Below are positions 59,061 to 64,000 of a stretch of DNA of 64,000 bases, one piece after another (position 1 is the first letter of the stretch; every line of letters begins with the position of its first letter). The notes beneath the pieces were generated by a model. The model was not told where the DNA came from. It worked only from the letters and a program-made list of their open reading frames with translations, and searched no databases. The stretch lies in assembly GCA_001662655.1 (NCBI GenBank), contig KV460234.1; one strand, given 5' to 3'. The position numbers and the translations under genes were made by a program. The DNA is from Pseudogymnoascus verrucosus (taxonomy: Eukaryota).

Positions 59061-59886
59061 GGCGTGATACTAGAAGCATAGGAGAAGGAGGCGTTGGATA
59101 TTTGGCGGCGTTTGGGTTGGGTTGTTTGTCGTTGTTTCGGCTTAGTTTAATCCTACTGTTTAGATCAAAAAACGAGATATCTGCATCACCATATAGTTTT
59201 GTCAGTCCCTGTGTGATAATTGTAGTTACTTACCTCCTTCGATTCAGAGCTCTGTATCTGCGCTGTAGGAACCCAGAACACTGCGTTGTGTTGCTGGAAT
59301 AGATCAGCTCGCGTCGTTTGACTAGAATTCAACGACGGGCATGATTGCGAAAGCATAGTAGGCGATGAAGAATGATGAATATAATTGGCCTCAGGCCTGA
59401 TGCCTATCGACGAGGCAAACCATCTTGCAACCTGCATGATCTGCTTCGCCCTCTCCATCCCTATCTCATCCTACCATTCACCACCCGGCGTCACCCACTG
59501 CCGCTCCCACAAACCGACAAGCCAAACTCGCCATAAGATAAATCGGAGAGCATCATACAAACAAGGATATCCAGCTGAACAGAAATACGACACACAAACT
59601 GGGGGATTCCCCATGAAATTAAATATGGTAAAAAAAACTCCTAGTAAAAAGACTTTGACAAAATTAAAAACGGGAAATGGTTGGGAGGGTAACTCGGTCC
59701 CTGATGTCACATCCCGTTGACCTCCATGTCTATACCTTCGTTCATCCTCCATCCGCTAGAATGGAAACCCCCTCCAACTCCACCAACCCCGGTCCCACGC
59801 ACGCTCTCGCGCATTTCCCCTTTTCCAGTCGCCCATTGTAATCCACGCTGACGTATCGCTCCCTCCCCTTCAACCACATCAACACC

Positions 59887-60865
<979 letters not shown>

Positions 60866-62044
60866 TGTATAGGAAGTCGCGATGACTCTTGGGGATCGTA
60901 GAGGTGAGGTCCTGATGTTGAGAGGTGAGGTCGGTGGAATCTTATGCTGGCTCGGCGGTTGGTTGGGGTAGGTAGCGGATTGGAGGTGTTGAGGTTCTGT
61001 GCGTTCGAGACGGGACGGGGGTCTGGGGAAGCGAAAGCGACGTCAATTGCGAGCGACTCAGCAAGGTCGGACGTGGTGATATAGAGGAATAATTTGCCTC
61101 TTTTTATTTTTTGCTTCTCGCGAGGAAGATGTTTGGTGATATTGGGTTGATAAGTTTAGATGTGGATGGGGGGGAGGGATTAAACAGCGACTGAAGGCGG
61201 TGGTAGCGGGCACGGAAGAAAGAAAGAGAGACGGGTCCGTCCCAGCAACGTCGAGTTGAGTAGGGGGTTCGCGGGCGGTGATTGTGTGGGTTGTCACGTG
61301 CGGATTCGGACCTTTCAACCATTGAATTGAAGCGCTATCAAGCGCCCAGATATATACTATAACCATACTGTAACATCCTAATAACACCATAAATGCTGCC
61401 AGCACAGTGCTAGTAAGGTGAAGGCTGTAAAATGTCGAAGATCATTACTTCTTTACAGCTATCGCTCTCTCGATGGATGTCCCGATCTGGCACGACCGGG
61501 AGCTTTAGAGGCCCGATAAATAGGGGTCTCATAGAGAAGTATATATAAGTATATATCAATCAACTTTTTTACGGGTTCCATACGCCTCAATCCACAAACT
61601 AACCAACTGAACCAACTAAACCACGTCTATCCACGACTGTAGCCGACCTAACTCTTCGTCCTCATCACCCCCTCATTACCCTCATCACCCCCCTCACGAC
61701 CCATCCCCCCCCCCTTTACCCTTCTAGACCACATTTTCTAAGATAATGGGCAGTCGATACTTCAAATTAAGTTCCAATAGAACCATTTTTTGCGGGGGAG
61801 CTACTTTATTATAGGTCACTAGTTCCGATGTCACTTCCTTCTAGCGTGAACATGAAACGCCCATCGAACTAAGGGTACCAGCGTACCATTGTATCCATGT
61901 ATCGTCTCTCCTTTCCTTTCCCAATCTTTTTCTCTTCATCTCAAGCTCAGATGTCAGAAGAATCTCTCACACGGCTGTGACAGGCAGGCATGGCAGGTGG
62001 CAGGCGGCAGGCGCGACACGCGTGACAAGGCTGGTCTTTCTTGC

Positions 62045-62071
62045 CAAATCTCAAATCTCAAATCTCAAATC
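62045..62071 (+). repeat. (CAAATCT)n heptamer, about 4 copies
   Basis: caaatctcaaatctcaaatctcaaatc running into CACGTG. Confidence 0.8.
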
Positions 62072-62145
62072 ACGTGGGCTAGCTAGACAAGGCTTTCTCT
62101 TTCGTAATCACATCCTCCCCCCCTTCCAGATAGATACCCGTATAC

Positions 62146-63350
62146 TCACTGGCTACCCTGCTCAACTACCCCCTCGACATCGTCTTCCCCCTCCACCAAC
62201 ACCCTCTTTCCTTCTACATTCTTCTCTACCTCATCCACCAAGCTCTCCAGAAACGCCTTGTCCCTAAACAAGCACCATTAGCCACATGCACCACTCCCAC
62301 TATGCACTGCCAACACTTACCTCCCAACCAGCGTCACTGTATTCGACCCCTTCCCGAACCTCGGGTAGCTCCCAACCTTCACCCCCTTCTCCTCCACCCT
62401 CGCCTGTAGCTTCTCCAAGTACGGCGCCACAGCACTCTCACTCATCGGCGTACTAATCATCACCCTCCTTATCTCCTCCCCCAACCTCTCCCCATACAAC
62501 TCCCCCAGACCCAACAGCAACTTCTCAAACAACCTCGGCACCCCAGGAAGAACATGCACATTCCCCCCCACACACACAACCGGCACCCACAGCTCCTCAA
62601 CCGGGAACAGCACCTGGTCCTTCCACTCCTTCCCCTCCCCCCCATCCCCAGCCAGCGGCAACAGCACCATCCGTTCCTTGGCCCGACGCGCCTCGCTGTC
62701 TACAGTCCAATCGAAGTTCGGCTGCGACTTGTGCGGTTTCGCCAGCCGGCGCATGCGCGCATAGGCGACCTCGTGCAGCACGAGCGGGACACCGAATGCT
62801 GTTGCTAATGAGGAGTACGTGATATCATCGTGGGTAGGTCCGATGCCGCCGCTCGTGATGACGAAGTCGTATGCGGCGCTCAGGCGTTTCGCGGACTCGG
62901 CGATCGTGTCGGCGTCGTCGGGGATGGTCTCGATGCGCTGGAGGGCCTGGATGGGGGGGTTAGCTTATGCATAGATGCGGGAGGGGCGTAGGGTAGGGAA
63001 AACGCACGACGCCGTGGGAGAAACACCATTTGGCCATGAATGCCGAGTTTGTCTGTGCGTGTGTCAGCACGCATGCTCGCTCTAGCCGTCGATCGATCGC
63101 CAATTAGACTGTGCGCGGGCCGAGATTTCTCACATCTACTGTCTGAGCATCATTAGCTTGTTACTTCATCCCAGCTGGCTGTTCTAGAACCACATACCTT
63201 CCCCCCCAGCACCTCGTCCCCGATAATCAGGCACGCGGCCGTACGGATCATTCTAGTCCCCGACATGCCGCCCGCAGCTGCAGACGTATGTGCGTAGTTT
63301 GGTAGTGAGCGCGAGAAGTGGCGCGCGATGTGTGAGACGCGGGAGAACAT
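62146..63350 (-). CDS. Molybdopterin-binding (CinA/MoCF) domain protein, FAD diphosphatase Fpy1-like
   Basis: Exons 63350-63198, 63142-63134, 63052-63008, 62946-62321 and 62263-62146. ACLIIGDEVLGGKTVDTNS, TSGGIGPTHDDITY, VLPGVPRLF, VKVGSYP. Confidence 0.9.
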
Positions 63351-63645
63351 GCGGATCTATTTGTATGCAACGTAGGGATTCGGTGAGGTTGGTGGAGGCG
63401 CGCGGATATATTTTTGGTATGCAGGTGTGGAGGGGACCTGTTGGTGCGGGGTCGGCGAGTGCGGCTACGCTGTTGGCGAGCGGGAAGCCCCGCATGACGC
63501 TGAGGGGCTGAGGGGCAGTTTAACTTCCACGGATTGTGTGCTGTTACGTAGCCGCGACAGACGTCGAGAATACCCCCAGCCTCATCGATTGCTATATCGG
63601 AAATACCTCTTATTATTCTTATACCTCTTCTCCCATACCCATAAA

Positions 63646-64000
63646 ATGGTGCGATGAATCGTCCCCTACTCCCAAGACCCACACCTAACCATGCCCACAG
63701 GCTTCAGAGTCCCGCCTTTACACGGTATCGACGCCGACAAAAGAGCATCTCCGCAAATTCAGACTCTCTACAAGCCGTTCCGATAAACCTCAAGCTGTGA
63801 TATGTATGTCGCTTGCCGCCTCCTGTCACACACTTCACAGCCCTCTCTCATTCTCCATTTCCTCAGCCATTCCGTCATCCCACGCTGCACAATTCAGCTC
63901 GAAGCCCAGCTAACACAACCGCAAAGACCTAATCGACAAAGTCACCCTCGAAATCCGCCTCGACGACGAGGGAATCGTATACCATGACCTCGAAGAGCTA
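63646..64000 (+). CDS. AIM7: Glia maturation factor (ADF-H family, Aim7/Gmf1); runs off the right edge
   Basis: ATG-only first coding exon; introns 63649-63700 and 63804-63926 give MASESRLYTVSTPTKEHLRKFRLSTSRSDKPQAVIYLIDK..DLEEL. Confidence 0.88.

Overview
Eukaryotic DNA from a filamentous ascomycete. Short GT-AG introns with CTRAC/CTAAY branch points and the gene content suggest a Leotiomycete such as Pseudogymnoascus (inference only). There are two N-gaps (25025-25047, 25269-25358). I hand-spliced about 28 protein-coding genes, mostly conserved housekeeping: URB1 5' end, VAMP7-like SNARE, SUV3, CRAL-TRIO protein, Rad4/XPC, CorA-like protein, AN1 zinc finger, HIT hydrolase, ATP19, MTP18, BEM1, THP3-like, VPS36, thymidylate synthase, PGA2, flavohemoglobin, CHO2, NBP35, RAS, FAD-diphosphatase-like protein and GMF. 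I found no tRNA, rRNA, CRISPR array or intact transposon. Three things stand out. (1) An intronless 959-aa ORF at 56181-59060 carries seven Zn(II)2Cys6-like modules plus a further Cys-rich C-terminus. (2) An accessory-looking ~4 kb block between VPS36 and thymidylate synthase holds a disrupted membrane-protein ORF, a hidden 75-aa spliced single-TM gene, two abutting long hairpins fused to a ~190-bp tandem duplication, and a 6-Cys small secreted protein. (3) A three-exon orphan-like gene has a C-terminal chromodomain that appears only after splicing. All exon boundaries are manual predictions; no database search was run.
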